Assembly (NCBI GenBank): GCA_040285825.1
Contig: JAUPSS010000011.1
Location: 1,143,798 to 1,207,797 of the forward strand
Direction: 5' to 3'
Source of the DNA: Eukaryota sp. TZLM1-RC
Taxonomy: Eukaryota; Protista; Metamonada: BaSk clade
Length of the DNA stretch: 64,000 bases
Below, piece after piece: positions 11,043 to 22,433 of the stretch (positions within the stretch are counted from its first letter, which is position 1; each line of letters starts with the position of its first letter). A model generated the notes under the pieces. That model was not told where the DNA came from, made no database searches, and saw nothing but the letters and a program-made list of their open reading frames with translations. The translations under genes were made by a program, and so were the position numbers.

Positions 11043-14000
11043 ATTTTCACAAAAGGAAATTTTTGCGAATAACACGCAAAATCAAGATCCACAAAAACCT
11101 AAAATGCCCAATCTTCAGAATCACCCTCATTGATCAAGCACCATGCAGTCAGACCCGGAAAGTGGGAACGGAAATGCTGGCTCCCACTTTGGGGTTCTCA
11201 CTTTGATTTAGTGAGAAAGATTGATAAAACTGTTCAACAGCGCTATTATGAAATTGGTCTTTCATTAAACATTTCTAAATGTTTATTGATTGGTAGATAC
11301 TCCATGATTGGGTGAGTTGCATGTAGTTTTTATGTACCAGATGTGACCAATTTGTGATCAAACTGTTTGTGAGATTGTGAGTGAGTAATGTTAGCTATGG
11401 GTTGCTTAGTCGTTCTAAACTTATGATTACATTTTCAATTGATTTTTTATATATTTAAATTAATTGAGTTCATTTATTTTTATAAACATTAAATGGTTAA
11501 TAAATCCAAAAATCCAAAAGTTTGCAATTGAATGTTGAAAACTCAATAAAACGTTTTTGTAAGCGTAAGAGTATCGTTTTTGATACGCGTTACTCTTATT
11601 TAAAATTAAGAAAAAAATATTTGAGCACTAAAAAAACTACCAACATATCGATCTTTTCTGTTTTTTGGAAGTATATAGTTCAAAGCACTGTGGCATTTAA
11701 AGTTATTCTTCAAAATAATACAACTAATTTCTGCCGTTACCTCATTTAATCCAAATTGGTGAAAAGGTATCTCTGTTCTAGTGTTAAAAATCTATGGACA
11801 CTCAAAAGCGGGGCAACACTTTGGTTAATTAAATTTAAGTCTTTTAAATTGAATATTTCGAAATTTGATCAGAAACAGCTTCTATTCGCTTTTTTTATTT
11901 ATCGCGATGATGTTTTACTTAGTACTAATGGTCATTTAAACAAGGCTGAAGATCGTAAAAGAGATAAATAAACTGGGATATTAAATGATTTAAATAAGAA
12001 TCTTTACTCAAAGTTTTCGTTTGTGCTCTTTGCCTTTTCGATTTTTGGCAACATTGGACAGTTCGCCTTGGATTTTATCAATGATTTTGGTAATTTGTGT
12101 CGTTCAAGTGGTGAGAAGTTTGCAGGGAATTTATGGAAGAATCGTATCATTTTCGCTTTGTACAGAAGCCCAAAATAATTTTGTTTCTTATGTGCTTTAG
12201 TTTGATTTGATTTGATTCTGCGTAGAAAATCAATATTGTTGTTAAGATCACAGTAACAATTTCTCACAAAAGGAAATTTTTGCGAATAACACGCAAAATC
12301 AAGATCCACAAAAACCTAAAATGCCCAATCTTCAGATTCACCCTCATTGATCAAGCACCATGCAGTCAGACCCGGAAAGTGGGAAAGGAAATGCTGGCTC
12401 CCACTTTGGGGTTCTCACTTTGATTTAGTGAGAAAGATTGGTAAAACTCTTCAACAGCGCTATTATGAAATTGGTCTTTCATTAAACATTTCTAAATGTT
12501 TATTGATTGGTAGAGACTCCATGATTGGGTGAGTTGAATGTAGTTTTTATGTACCAGATGTGACCAATTTGTGATCAAACTGTTTGTGAGATTGTGAGTG
12601 AGTAATGTTAGCTATGGGTTGCTTAGTCGTTCTAAACTTATGATTACATTTTCAATTGATTTTGTATATATTTAAATTAATTGAGTTCTTTAATTTTATA
12701 AACATTAAATGGTTAATAAATCCAAAAATCCAAAAGTTTGCAATTGAATGTTGAAAACTCAATAAAACGTTTTTGTAAGCGTAAGAGTATCGTTTTTGAT
12801 ACGCGTTACTCTTATTTAAAATTAAGAAAAAAATATTTGAGCACTAAAAAAACTACCAACATATCGATCTTTTCTGTTTTTGGAAGTATATAGTTCAAAG
12901 CACTGTGGCATTTAAAGTTATTCTTCAAAATAATACAACTAATTTCTGCCGTTACCTCATTTAATCCAAATTGGTGAAAAGGTATCTCTGTTCTAGTGTT
13001 AAAAATCTATGGACACTCAAAAGCGGGGCAACACTTTGGTTAATTAAATTTAAGTCTTTTAAATTGAATATTTCGAAATTTGATCAGAAACAGCTTCTAT
13101 TCGCTTTTTTTATTTATCGCGATGATGTTTTACTTAGTACTAATGGTCATTTAAACAAGGCTGAAGATCGTAAAAGAGATAAATAAACTGGGATATTAAA
13201 TGATTTAAATAAGAATCTTTACTCAAAGTTTTCGTTTGTGCTCTTTGCCTTTTCGATTTTTGGCAACATTGGACAGTTCGCCTTGGATTTTATCAATGAT
13301 TTTGGTAATTTGTGTCGTTCAAGTGGTGAGAAGTTTGCAGGGAATTTATGGAAGAATCGTATCATTTTCGCTTTGTACAGAAGCCCAAAATAATTTTGTT
13401 TCTTATGTGCTTTAGTTTGATTTGATTTGATTCTGCGTAGAAAATCAATATTGTTGTTAAGATCACAGTAACAATTTCTCACAAAAGGAAATTTTTGCGA
13501 ATAACACGCAAAATCAAGATCCACAAAAACCTAAAATGCCCAATCTTCAGATTCACCCTCATTGATCAAGCACCATGCAGTCAGACCCGGAAAGTGGGAA
13601 AGGAAATGCTGGCTCCCACTTTGGGGTTCTCACTTTGATTTAGTGAGAAAGATTGGTAAAACTCTTCAACAGCGCTATTATGAAATTGGTCTTTCATTAA
13701 ACATTTCTAAATGTTTATTGATTGGTAGAGACTCCATGATTGGGTGAGTTGAATGTAGTTTTTATGTACCAGATGTGACCAATTTGTGATCAAACTGTTT
13801 GTGAGATTGTGAGTGAGTAATGTTAGCTATGGGTTGCTTAGTCGTTCTAAACTTATGATTACATTTTCAATTGATTTTGTATATATTTAAATTAATTGAG
13901 TTCTTTAATTTTTATAAACATTAAATGGTTAATAAATCCAAAAATCCAAAAGTTTGCAATTGAATGTTGAAAACTCAATAAAACGTTTTTGTAAGCGTAA

Positions 14001-14845
14001 GAGTATCGTTTTTGATACGCGTTACTTTTATTTAAAATTATGAAGAAAATATTTGAGCACTAAACAAACTACCAACATATCGATCTTTTCTGTTTTTTTG
14101 GAAGTATATAATTCAAAGCACTGTGGCATTAAAAGTTATTCTTCAAAATAATAAAACTAATTTCTGCCGTTACCTCATTCCATCAAAATTGGTAAAAAGG
14201 TATCTCTGTTCTAGTGTTAAAAATCTATGGACACTCAAAAGCGGAGCAGCACTTTGGTTAATTAAATTTAAGTCTTTTAAATTGAATATTTCGAAATTTG
14301 ATCAGAAACAGCTTCTATTCGCTTTTTTTATTTATCGCGATGATGTTTTACTTAGTACTAATGGTCATTTAAACAAGGCTGATCATCGTAAAAGAGATAA
14401 ATAAACTGGGATATTAAATGATTAAAATAAGAACCTTGACTCAAAGTTTTCGTTTGTTCTCTTTGCCTTTTCGATTTTTGGCAACATTGGACAGTTCGCC
14501 TTGGATTTTATCAATGATTTTGGTAATTTGTGTCGTTCAAGTGGTGAGAAGTTTGCAGGGAATTTATGGAAGAATCGTATCATTTTCGCTTTGTACAGAA
14601 GCCCAAATAATTTTGTTTCATATGTGCTTTAGTTTGATTTGATTTGATTCTGCGTAGAAAATCAATATTGTTGTTAAGATCACAGTAACAATTTCTCACA
14701 AAAGGAAATTTTTGCGAATAACACGCAAAATCAAGATCCACAAAAACCTAAAATGCCCAATCTTCAGAATCACCCTCATTGATCAAGCACCATGCAGTCA
14801 GACCCGGAAAGTGGGAAAGGAAATGCTGGCTCCCACTTTGGGGTC
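11043..14845 (+). repeat. ~1215-bp tandem repeat (3 units plus a final hairpin module): hairpin module + short RT fragment + AT-rich spacer + family A RLE 3' end
   Basis: Matching ORFs recur at 11756/12971, 12004/13219 and 11130/12347/13562/14779. Contains RDDVLLSTNGHLNKAEDRKRDK and an RT-like piece HFDLVRKIGKT.QQRYYEIGLSLNISKCLLIG. Confidence 0.92.
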
Positions 14846-15041
14846 CCCTTTTGTCAGAAGTGCAGCAGATGGGATTCGACCCTGATGCCAAAGCAGAGAA
14901 CGAAGAGCAAACCCACTGGACTACGATGTTGGCAGTTGCTTATGTTGTTTTTTCTAATTTGTATTAGGTTTTGATTTGTATTGGTGTTGGACGATTTTTG
15001 TAATTGGTTTTGTGTTGATAATAAAAGTGATTGAAATGTGT

Positions 15042-18000
15042 TTATTTAAGGAAAATTTGAAGAGAAGGACGATTAGATTCTATTTGTTCAAGTTTGGATT
15101 TGGTTGAATTGCTAATGTTGCTGTTGCAAAGATTCAATTTAGTCAGAGTGGAATTGCTGTCCAGAGCACGGGCGAGAGCACTAGCACCTTCATCGGTGAT
15201 TTGGTTGTACCCAAGATCCAATGTAGTCAGAGAGGAATTGCTCTCCAGAGCACGGGCGAGGGCACTAGGGCCTTCATCGGTAATGTTGTTGCGCCTAAGA
15301 TTTAATGTAGTCAGAGTGGAATTGCTCTCCAATGCACGGGCGAGAGCACTAGCGCCTTCATCGGTAATGTTGATTCCCTCAAGATTCAACTTAGTCAGAG
15401 TGCAATTGCTCTCCAGAGCACGGGCGAGAGCAATAGCGCCTTCAGCGGTAATGTTGCTGTACCTAAGATTTAATGTAGTCAGAGTGCAATTGCTCTCCAA
15501 TGCACGGGCGAGAGCACTAGCGCCTTCATCGGTAATGTTGATTCCCCCAAGATTCAACTTAGTCAGAGTGCAATTGCTCTCCAGAGCACGGGCGAGAGCA
15601 ATAGCGCCTTCATCGGTAATGTTGTTGCACTCAAGATCCAATGTAGTCAGAGTGGAATTGCTCTCCAATGCACGGGCGAGAGCACTAGCGCCTTCATCGG
15701 TAATGTTGTCTTCCTGAAGATACAATGTAGTCAGAGTGCAATTGCTCTCCAATGCACGGGCGAGAGCACTAGCGCCTTTATTGGTAATGTTGTTGTCCCA
15801 AAGATCCAATCTAGTCAGAGTGGAATTGCTCTCCAGAGCATGGGCGAGGGCAATAGCGCCTTCAGCGGTAAAGTTGTTGCACTCAAGATCCAATGTAGTC
15901 AGAGTGGAATTGCTCTCCAGAGCACGGGCGAGAGCAAAAAGGCGATAATAGGGATATTTAAAACACCAAGGAAAACAAGATAATTCAACTAAATATTCAT
16001 TTTTGATTAATTTAGTTGCCTTAATTAGACCTTGATCATCAAGTTTTGTCGGCGATAGGGATGATCTCGACAGATATCTCTCCGGTCCCAGCAATTGAAT
16101 AAACTTCAAAGAGGGAAAACTTTGTTCAGTGATATTGGTATCAATTGCTTCATGAATTATCAATTCCTTAATGCTTGGTAATTCAATTTCAATATTGACA
16201 GGATGGTACAACCAAACTTCCAATCTAGTAATGGAAAGAGGCAAAGGAATTTGTGCTTCTAATATTCTTTCTGAAGAAGAACGATCAAATAAGACCAGCT
16301 CTTTCAATGCTGTAAGATAGCTTAAATCAGTAATCTCACTGCGATCATTAAGCACCAACTTCACTAGTGAAGGGGGTAATTGTTCTATAATGAATGAACA
16401 ATTAAGCTCCAGAAACTTGAGATTTGATAAATGTGTCAAGTTTAAGGATAGCCTTCTATTATGTCTTGACTTTGCACCAAGCTTAACAACCTCAACAGCT
16501 GGGAAAAACGACAAGAACTGTGGATCAAATTCATCTGTATAATAGTAAATATCAAGATGTTTAATTCGACTATTAATAACACTGGGACCATTGAAAGCAA
16601 ATGATAATTGCAATTGTAAATCCCAAACATAATCATTGAGATTTAAATGTTGTGGATTTTTCAAAAATTCAAAACCATTGATCACTTCTTTAGAAAATTT
16701 AGCGACCTTCTTACTCACTGAACATTTGGTATAGAATCTGGCTTTTGTATATGGATGGTTACCAAACAATTTTTTCAAATATTGTAAATATTCAAAGTAA
16801 ATTAATCTGATTAGACCACTAAACATGCTATCCATGGTTTGTATTGGATCAAGAAAAGTTCCAAGTATTTCTGAACCAAATGATAATTTGGCAGGTTGAA
16901 ATCGATCAATCAAATCACCTGTACCTAATTGACCTTCATCGTTTTTTCCCCAGGCCCAAACAGTGTTTTTGTTGTAGGCAAAAAGGAAGTTACGTCCTAA
17001 GGAAACACCTTCTATATTGGTTAAAGCTTCGACACAAATTGGTTGCTCACTATCTTCATAAAGATCACTGAATCTGCTCAACCTACCCCAAACAAAAACC
17101 TTACCATCAATATCAGTGGCAGCATAAATACCATTGGAACCAATAATAGAGACAATATTACTCAACCCTAAAACTTTTGTTGGTTTGTTATCGAAAGAAT
17201 CATCATTTTCCTTGTCAAACCTCCAAACATCACCATTGAAGTCAATGACAAACAAAGAAATGTTATCAAACAAAAAAGAACTCCATGATGGTTTGGTTGG
17301 CAAAATGTACTTGTCAACTGGAATCTTAACAAATGAACCATACTGAGTACTAAGTACCATACTAAGGAAGAAGTTGACATCTGAGTCAATTGCAACGATT
17401 GAGTTCCCAGCAGCAGAAATAAAAACAATGGTAGACCTGTTGATCCCTTGTATTGGCTTAAAAGTACCATTACCTAACTGAATAACTTTTCCTTCTGCAG
17501 TCAATCCAAATGATTTTGAATGATTACTGCTACTGCAAATTTCCTTGAAAAAATAAGGGCTGTTGATAAGAGTAATTTTTGGTGGCATATTTACTGCATG
17601 ATCATTACCCCGATTACCCCAACCATACAACAAGCCATCAGAAGAAAGGGCAAAGCAATGGTCCCAGTCAGCTGAAATGTAAATTATGTTGTTGATTGGA
17701 AGTTTAACTGGTGATTTGAATATTGCTGGTCTATTAAGAGGAACATGACCATAACCAAACCTCCCCCAAGCATAAACTTCACCAGAATAGGTGAGAAGCA
17801 GTGAGCCAAATTTACCACATGAAATGGACTTAACCCCACCCATTCGTTCCGATCGGTCGGGGAAGTGTGCTGGTTGTTGGTCACATGGAGAGGGGTGGTC
17901 TAAAAGAGGATCTGACGGGGCATGCTGTAGAGGACATCGATTATGTGCATTTGAGTCGGGTGTTCGGTCGGGTTGTGGATCGGAAGAATGGGGAGGAAAG

Positions 18001-18302
18001 GTGGATTGCGGAGAACTGCATGGTAAGTCTGAAGGTAGAGAGTGATGAACTGAGCAATGAGAGGGAGATCGTAATTCTTCATCAATAGTGGAGGAGAGTA
18101 TCGTGGTAGTTGGGATAGAGTCATGGAAAACATCGGAAGCATCCTGTGAGAAGCTATTTTGGCTTCCCACTGGTTGAAATGCAACCGGGGCTTCAAGCTC
18201 GTGATTGAGAGGAGGGTTTGGACGACCTAGATCACGACTCTCCTTTCCAGAACACGAAATGCTAGCGCTATCACCAGGCAAACTATCTTGATTTTGACGC
18301 AT
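15042..18302 (-). CDS. RCC1-like repeat + leucine-rich repeat protein, paralogue 1 (1086 aa; 10 RI/NLRC3-type LRR units)
   Basis: Intact ATG-to-TAA ORF. RCC1 motifs (ISCG...SLLLT.SGEVYAWG, VWAWGKNDEGQLGTGD), LPxSL-type LRRs, then ALARALESNSTLTTLDLxxNNITDEGAS x10. Confidence 0.93.
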   Translation of the reverse strand: MRQNQDSLPGDSASISCSGKESRDLGRPNPPLNHELEAPVAFQPVGSQNSFSQDASDVFHDSIPTTTILSSTIDEELRSPSHCSVHHSLPSDLPCSSPQSTFPPHSSDPQPDRTPDSNAHNRCPLQHAPSDPLLDHPSPCDQQPAHFPDRSERMGGVKSISCGKFGSLLLTYSGEVYAWGRFGYGHVPLNRPAIFKSPVKLPINNIIYISADWDHCFALSSDGLLYGWGNRGNDHAVNMPPKITLINSPYFFKEICSSSNHSKSFGLTAEGKVIQLGNGTFKPIQGINRSTIVFISAAGNSIVAIDSDVNFFLSMVLSTQYGSFVKIPVDKYILPTKPSWSSFLFDNISLFVIDFNGDVWRFDKENDDSFDNKPTKVLGLSNIVSIIGSNGIYAATDIDGKVFVWGRLSRFSDLYEDSEQPICVEALTNIEGVSLGRNFLFAYNKNTVWAWGKNDEGQLGTGDLIDRFQPAKLSFGSEILGTFLDPIQTMDSMFSGLIRLIYFEYLQYLKKLFGNHPYTKARFYTKCSVSKKVAKFSKEVINGFEFLKNPQHLNLNDYVWDLQLQLSFAFNGPSVINSRIKHLDIYYYTDEFDPQFLSFFPAVEVVKLGAKSRHNRRLSLNLTHLSNLKFLELNCSFIIEQLPPSLVKLVLNDRSEITDLSYLTALKELVLFDRSSSERILEAQIPLPLSITRLEVWLYHPVNIEIELPSIKELIIHEAIDTNITEQSFPSLKFIQLLGPERYLSRSSLSPTKLDDQGLIKATKLIKNEYLVELSCFPWCFKYPYYRLFALARALESNSTLTTLDLECNNFTAEGAIALAHALESNSTLTRLDLWDNNITNKGASALARALESNCTLTTLYLQEDNITDEGASALARALESNSTLTTLDLECNNITDEGAIALARALESNCTLTKLNLGGINITDEGASALARALESNCTLTTLNLRYSNITAEGAIALARALESNCTLTKLNLEGINITDEGASALARALESNSTLTTLNLRRNNITDEGPSALARALESNSSLTTLDLGYNQITDEGASALARALDSNSTLTKLNLCNSNISNSTKSKLEQIESNRPSLQIFLK
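15100..15935 (-). repeat. 84-bp coding tandem repeat, 10 LRR units
   Basis: 28-aa period counted in the translation; a representative unit is 43/84 GC, against AT-rich flanks. Confidence 0.95.
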
Positions 18303-18417
18303 TATAGAGAGGTTGAGACGAAGAGAAATTTATTGAAAAGTGAAATTTGTCGAGACACTGGGTGTTTGCTGAAAGTTTTCTGAGATTTTCTTCTAGTTTT
18401 TCGAGTTTTTCTTCTAA

Positions 18418-18620
18418 GGGTCCACTTCACAAAAGAACATAATTGCCTCTTTGGCCGCAAAACCATCGGATCCAAGATTCATCCGATTCTGAATCAGATT
18501 CATCAGACCACCAGCGATGGGTCGGTGATTCGCCGCGAATGAAGTGGCGGGGTGCAGACGTATTGTGTGTGTTAAGGAATTCAGGTGTGGATGGCTTAAA
18601 AACTTTGTGAAGGATCAATT
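18418..18620 (-). pseudogene. Casein kinase II beta subunit N-terminal fragment
   Basis: SDESDSESDESWIRWFCGQRGN followed, after a 1-nt shift, by FFCEVDP. Matches the conserved CK2-beta start SWI.WFCG.RGN.FFCEVD. Confidence 0.8.
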
Positions 18621-18639
18621 TTTTTTATTTATTGTCTCT

Positions 18640-18980
18640 CAGTATCTTTTAATCAATAACAAATATGAAAACATCCACATCCTCAAAACCTGCTTCCCCT
18701 GCATCAAAATTTTCAACTGCAAAAGATTCGGGAAACTTCCCAAAAGAAGATTCTGGATCAGAAGTTAGTTTCAACATTCCCTTAAAAATAGAAAATACAA
18801 TCCTGTTTTGCCAGTCAACACGATTGAAAATTCTTCCAGTTCTTTCCTCTACAACTACAACAAAATCCTCAAGAAAGATCATAGCAGAATTACCTGAAGA
18901 TACAAGCAAAGAAAAAACAAAGGGATATAAATTATATTGGGCATGAGAATTTTCATTAATCGAGGAAATGGGTTTCGTCA
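18640..18980 (-). mobile_element. Family C RLE 3' fragment, inverted
   Basis: ORF 18649-19116 contains KPISSINENSHAQYNLYPFVFSLL...RTGRIFNRV.WQNRIVFSIFKGM, as in 10160-10936. Confidence 0.85.
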
Positions 18981-19230
18981 ATGCATTTAGCAATTTTATA
19001 ATTTGAACAATGTGGACATGTGAGCATTTTGAGAAAACGACCAAAATGGCCAATGAACATTCCTTCATACCTAATTTCAATTTCCCATTGATCAACATCA
19101 CTCCATGCCATTTCACACAATATATTTCACATATTTGTTACGATCTATATGTGCCCCATCTAGACCACCATTTATTACTCAATTTTGGGCATATCGTGCT
19201 ACATAAGAATCCCCATAATGAAAATGGCAC

Positions 19231-19385
19231 TTCAAGCAAAGACTTCATACACCCGGACCCGTTTAGTACAATCCAGGACTTCCCTCCAAGCAAATCTTTG
19301 GCCAATCACGCCTTTCCACAGCTCCTCCCCGAACAACTTTCTCTTCCGACGCCTCCACCGCCCCAGTAGTAGGCTCATATAAACT
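19231..19385 (+). pseudogene. SHIPPO/STPG (PGP.Y) repeat protein fragment
   Basis: Homologous to 30135-30290, which reads HTPGPDYYNP...APAVGSYN. Confidence 0.55.
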
Positions 19386-19419
19386 ACCACTGAGAATTAG
19401 ATGGAAACTCTCCCCGATA

Positions 19420-19556
19420 ACGACTTTGGTTGTTCCACATGTGTTTTCATCATTGGTGCCTTGGAAGCCAAACTTGACGATGATGCCACCCGTGAAGAAA
19501 TTCGTGAAGCTCTCATGCATGTCTGTAAGAATGAACAACTTTCTGACGCATTATAA
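19420..19556 (+). pseudogene. Saposin-like (SapB) half-domain fragment
   Basis: CSTC.FIIGALEAKLDDDATREEIREALMHVC has the CxxC...T.EEI..AL..VC SAPLIP pattern (in frame in the ORF at 61129-61461). Confidence 0.7.
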
Positions 19557-19999
19557 AAATTGTGATGATGTGCGAAAAAGATAAACTTGACATGTTTTGC
19601 TCTCAATTTAATTGATTGCTTGCTCTCTGAACTCTGAAGTAAATGGTTCATATACAATGTGCAGGAAATACAATAAAAAACTTATTAATGTGAGGTATTG
19701 TGTTGAAAAATTGCAACCAAAGTTAACAATAACAATTTGCAGTGTAAGGTTTATACTGTAAACAATGGGAAACCGTGAACATATTCCAGCAGTTACAAAT
19801 TAAATCATTTTATGACGAACACGGCCATAAACATCATCTCATTGTTATAATCGTAGTTCTTTGACATTATAGGAGGACGTCGAACTTTTCAAGGCAAAAT
19901 GATGCTGTATGGTTAGACATTGTACAGAATAGAGATAAAAGATTAAGGTATTTATTCAATTTCACTGGCCCTTATAAAGGCCGTCACTAGTGAAGTCTA

Positions 20000-20500
20000 C
20001 ACTAGACTAATTGTCCACAGTACAACAAAAAGCACTGAATAGCAAGTCCAGAGTTATATCATTAACCAATCAGTCTATCTGTGTTAAATGTGGAGTTTTC
20101 ACTTGAATTTGTTCCAGACGCCACCATCTTTCAGTACTTCTTAATGGTTACTAGAGCACTAGCGCCTTCAGCGGTAATTATCTTCCTCTGAAGATAGGTA
20201 ATTATTGCACCAGATTATCGAGACACTTCAATAGAGGATGTGATTCATTCATAGACATTTCATCATACCGGAGTTTCTAATCAAAAAGAAAATTGTTCAT
20301 GCCATCACTGAAAGCACTATTGAATCAATATGTTGCCTTCGAAATGCCATCTCCAGCAAACTTAGGACTTGAACACGCCCGATAAAGAATTTTTGATAAG
20401 TCTTGGGTGATTCAATTAAGTGTCGCAGTTCAATAAAGATTTTATGTTGTTGTTAATCATAACTGATGTGATTACAATTACGGTCATCCATCATTGTCAA
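20000..20500 (-). pseudogene. Heavily decayed RI-type LRR sequence
   Basis: Broken frames give YLQRKIITAEGASAL and NST.TQID..GNDIT; includes 26 bp identical to the young LRR unit. Confidence 0.45.
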
Positions 20501-20559
20501 ATAAATCTTCAAAGTTATTGAGCAATAGGGAGAACAATTATGTTTCCAACCCCGAAATT

Positions 20560-21480
20560 AGGCCATCCATACTTCAAAATGGCAAATAAACTAAGAAGAG
20601 TCAGCGCCAAGGAATCTGGGTGAAATCCTAATGAGGATTTCCTCATTTTCCACCACATCTTCTATTTCTTCATCTGTATCTTCCAAGGTGTCTGCTTCAA
20701 CTTCCAAAACAGCAGTTCTAGTTCATTCAAAGTACTTTCTCCATGGTACACTATTCTTTCTCGCTGCTTAATCTAGATCTTTCCTTAGTGCACACGACCT
20801 TGAAATCGGACCAGTTTCTTTCTGGAGACATGCTTCCATGTTCTCATCTACTTTCCTCCAACCAGCAGTAATCATGTTAAAGGCCTTTTCTTGCAATTTT
20901 GCCATTGCAATGAGTACCCAGCCTGAAAATTCATCCTTGACAACACTGGCCCTTACGACAAGGACAACATCTCTAGGTAAGGCACCACTACGCAATTGCT
21001 GTAGAGTCTGATCGCAGCAATAGTTTCCAAACAGTTCATTTGGGATATCCTTGAATGGTTTGTTGAACTTACTTATGGTTAGTTTACTTGCAACTAAATG
21101 GTTTTTAATTTTGGCAAACTTCATTAGAAAATTATGACTTAATAACAACAGAAAGTCCAAGACACGTTTGAATTGTTAGTAACTACCATACTTGATGTGG
21201 AATTTCACAAGAAATTCCAATGTATATTTCCTGGAATAAAATACGTGTCTGGATGCATTATTTTCCTCTGGAAAAACAAATTATGGTGTTATATCGTCAA
21301 CTATGCCACCAATTTGAAAACACGCACGCGATAGTGCAAGTGTAAATTGTTGTAATTGACCAGAAGCATGTAATAAAGTTCCTTTTAACAATTCAATGAT
21401 TTTCTTATTCAATCTATGGAAAAATTGTACATTGATTTTAATAAACTGGAAGAAATTAGTTTAAACAAATTACTCGAAAT
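20560..21480 (-). pseudogene. Decayed ORF of unknown function (includes ORF 20768-21160)
   Basis: One frame continues on both sides of the 130-aa ORF through isolated stops (...DDITP*FVFPEE...YGSY*QFKRVLDFLL...KDLD*AARKN...). Confidence 0.45.
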
Positions 21481-21728
21481 GTGCAACAACAATTTAACAA
21501 CAATTAATGGAGTTAATTTCAGAGAGTTAGATTGTAAAAACAATCCATTTCATTTTATGAGGTTTATAATTTTCAACAATTAGTTTTGCATCATATGTAA
21601 AGTGTGGTGAAAATTTCACACAATATGATTTTTCCATACGTTTTGCGAAAAATCTAATTAATAAACCTCTATAAAAAACTCTCTTTGTTTTTGATTCATT
21701 ATTTATAAAAAAAATCATTTTTTAATAA

Positions 21729-22378
21729 TCACATTGTCTTTTTATACCAAATTTTTACCAATTCAATAAAATCATCTCTATCTATTTCTCCATTATAATT
21801 TTTTATATAATCTACTACATAGTGTATATTCTCATCAATTAAATTAATATTTAGTTTGTCTTTTATATGATTACCAATTTTAGTAAGAAATGAAATTGGT
21901 TTTGTATTTTCTTTCAACAAAGTTTCAAATCCAGTTGATGCAACTTTTCTCACCCAAGATTTACTATAAGTTTGTGGGGGTTCAATAGTAAGTTGTAAAA
22001 TAGCTTCAGGAAAATATTTTGCTTTGAAATACAAAGATTCATATTTACAAATCCCACCATTATATTCATCGAGATATCTTTCTTCCAAATCTTTATTGAT
22101 GCTAACAAAAGAATTCTTTTCCTGGATCGGAAATCATCATGGTATTTATAAGTAAACAATTATAATAATAATCTCCAAAATCTATTTCGATTTGTTGTGG
22201 TTTGATATATTCTACAGGAATTTTTCTTAATATATAATATAAATCATCTCCTTCATATAATGATTTTTTTCAATATTTTTGTGATAAATTCATCATCACA
22301 AATTGAAACATCAACCAATTTAAAATATTCTAAATCTTCGAGAACAATATCTTGTAGTTTTTTAATTGGGTTTTCCAT
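21729..22378 (-). pseudogene. ~215-aa hypothetical gene broken by two 1-nt frameshifts
   Basis: MENPIKKLQDIVLEDLEY... / SLYEGDDLYYILRKIPVEY...DPGKEFF / VSINKDLEERYLDEYNGG...WYKKTM*. The same two shifts are present in the copy near 37200-37350. Confidence 0.6.
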
Positions 22379-22433
22379 TTTTAATAAAATCATTTTTATA
22401 TCGTAAAATTTTCAATTTTTGTTTTATATCTAA

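Noticed and set aside
11130-14642. 60-100-aa ORFs in the 1.2-kb repeats as real genes
   Set aside because: They start at TTG/GTG or cross module junctions, and are chimeras of retroelement scraps.
14753-14970. Small zinc-ribbon gene (RPB12-like, FCQKC...KQRTK) spanning the hairpin module
   Set aside because: Needs several frameshifts and the similarity is too weak to call; kept only as an alternative reading of the module.
15100-15935. CRISPR-like constant/variable periodicity
   Set aside because: The variable part is only a few codons inside an in-frame protein repeat, there are no cas genes, and the context is eukaryotic.
19967-19982. Histone-type 3' stem-loop (GGCCTT-TATA-AGGGCC on the minus strand)
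   Set aside because: No histone gene lies upstream, and in the 61.9-kb copy it lies within a coding-like frame (SPAFIRASE).
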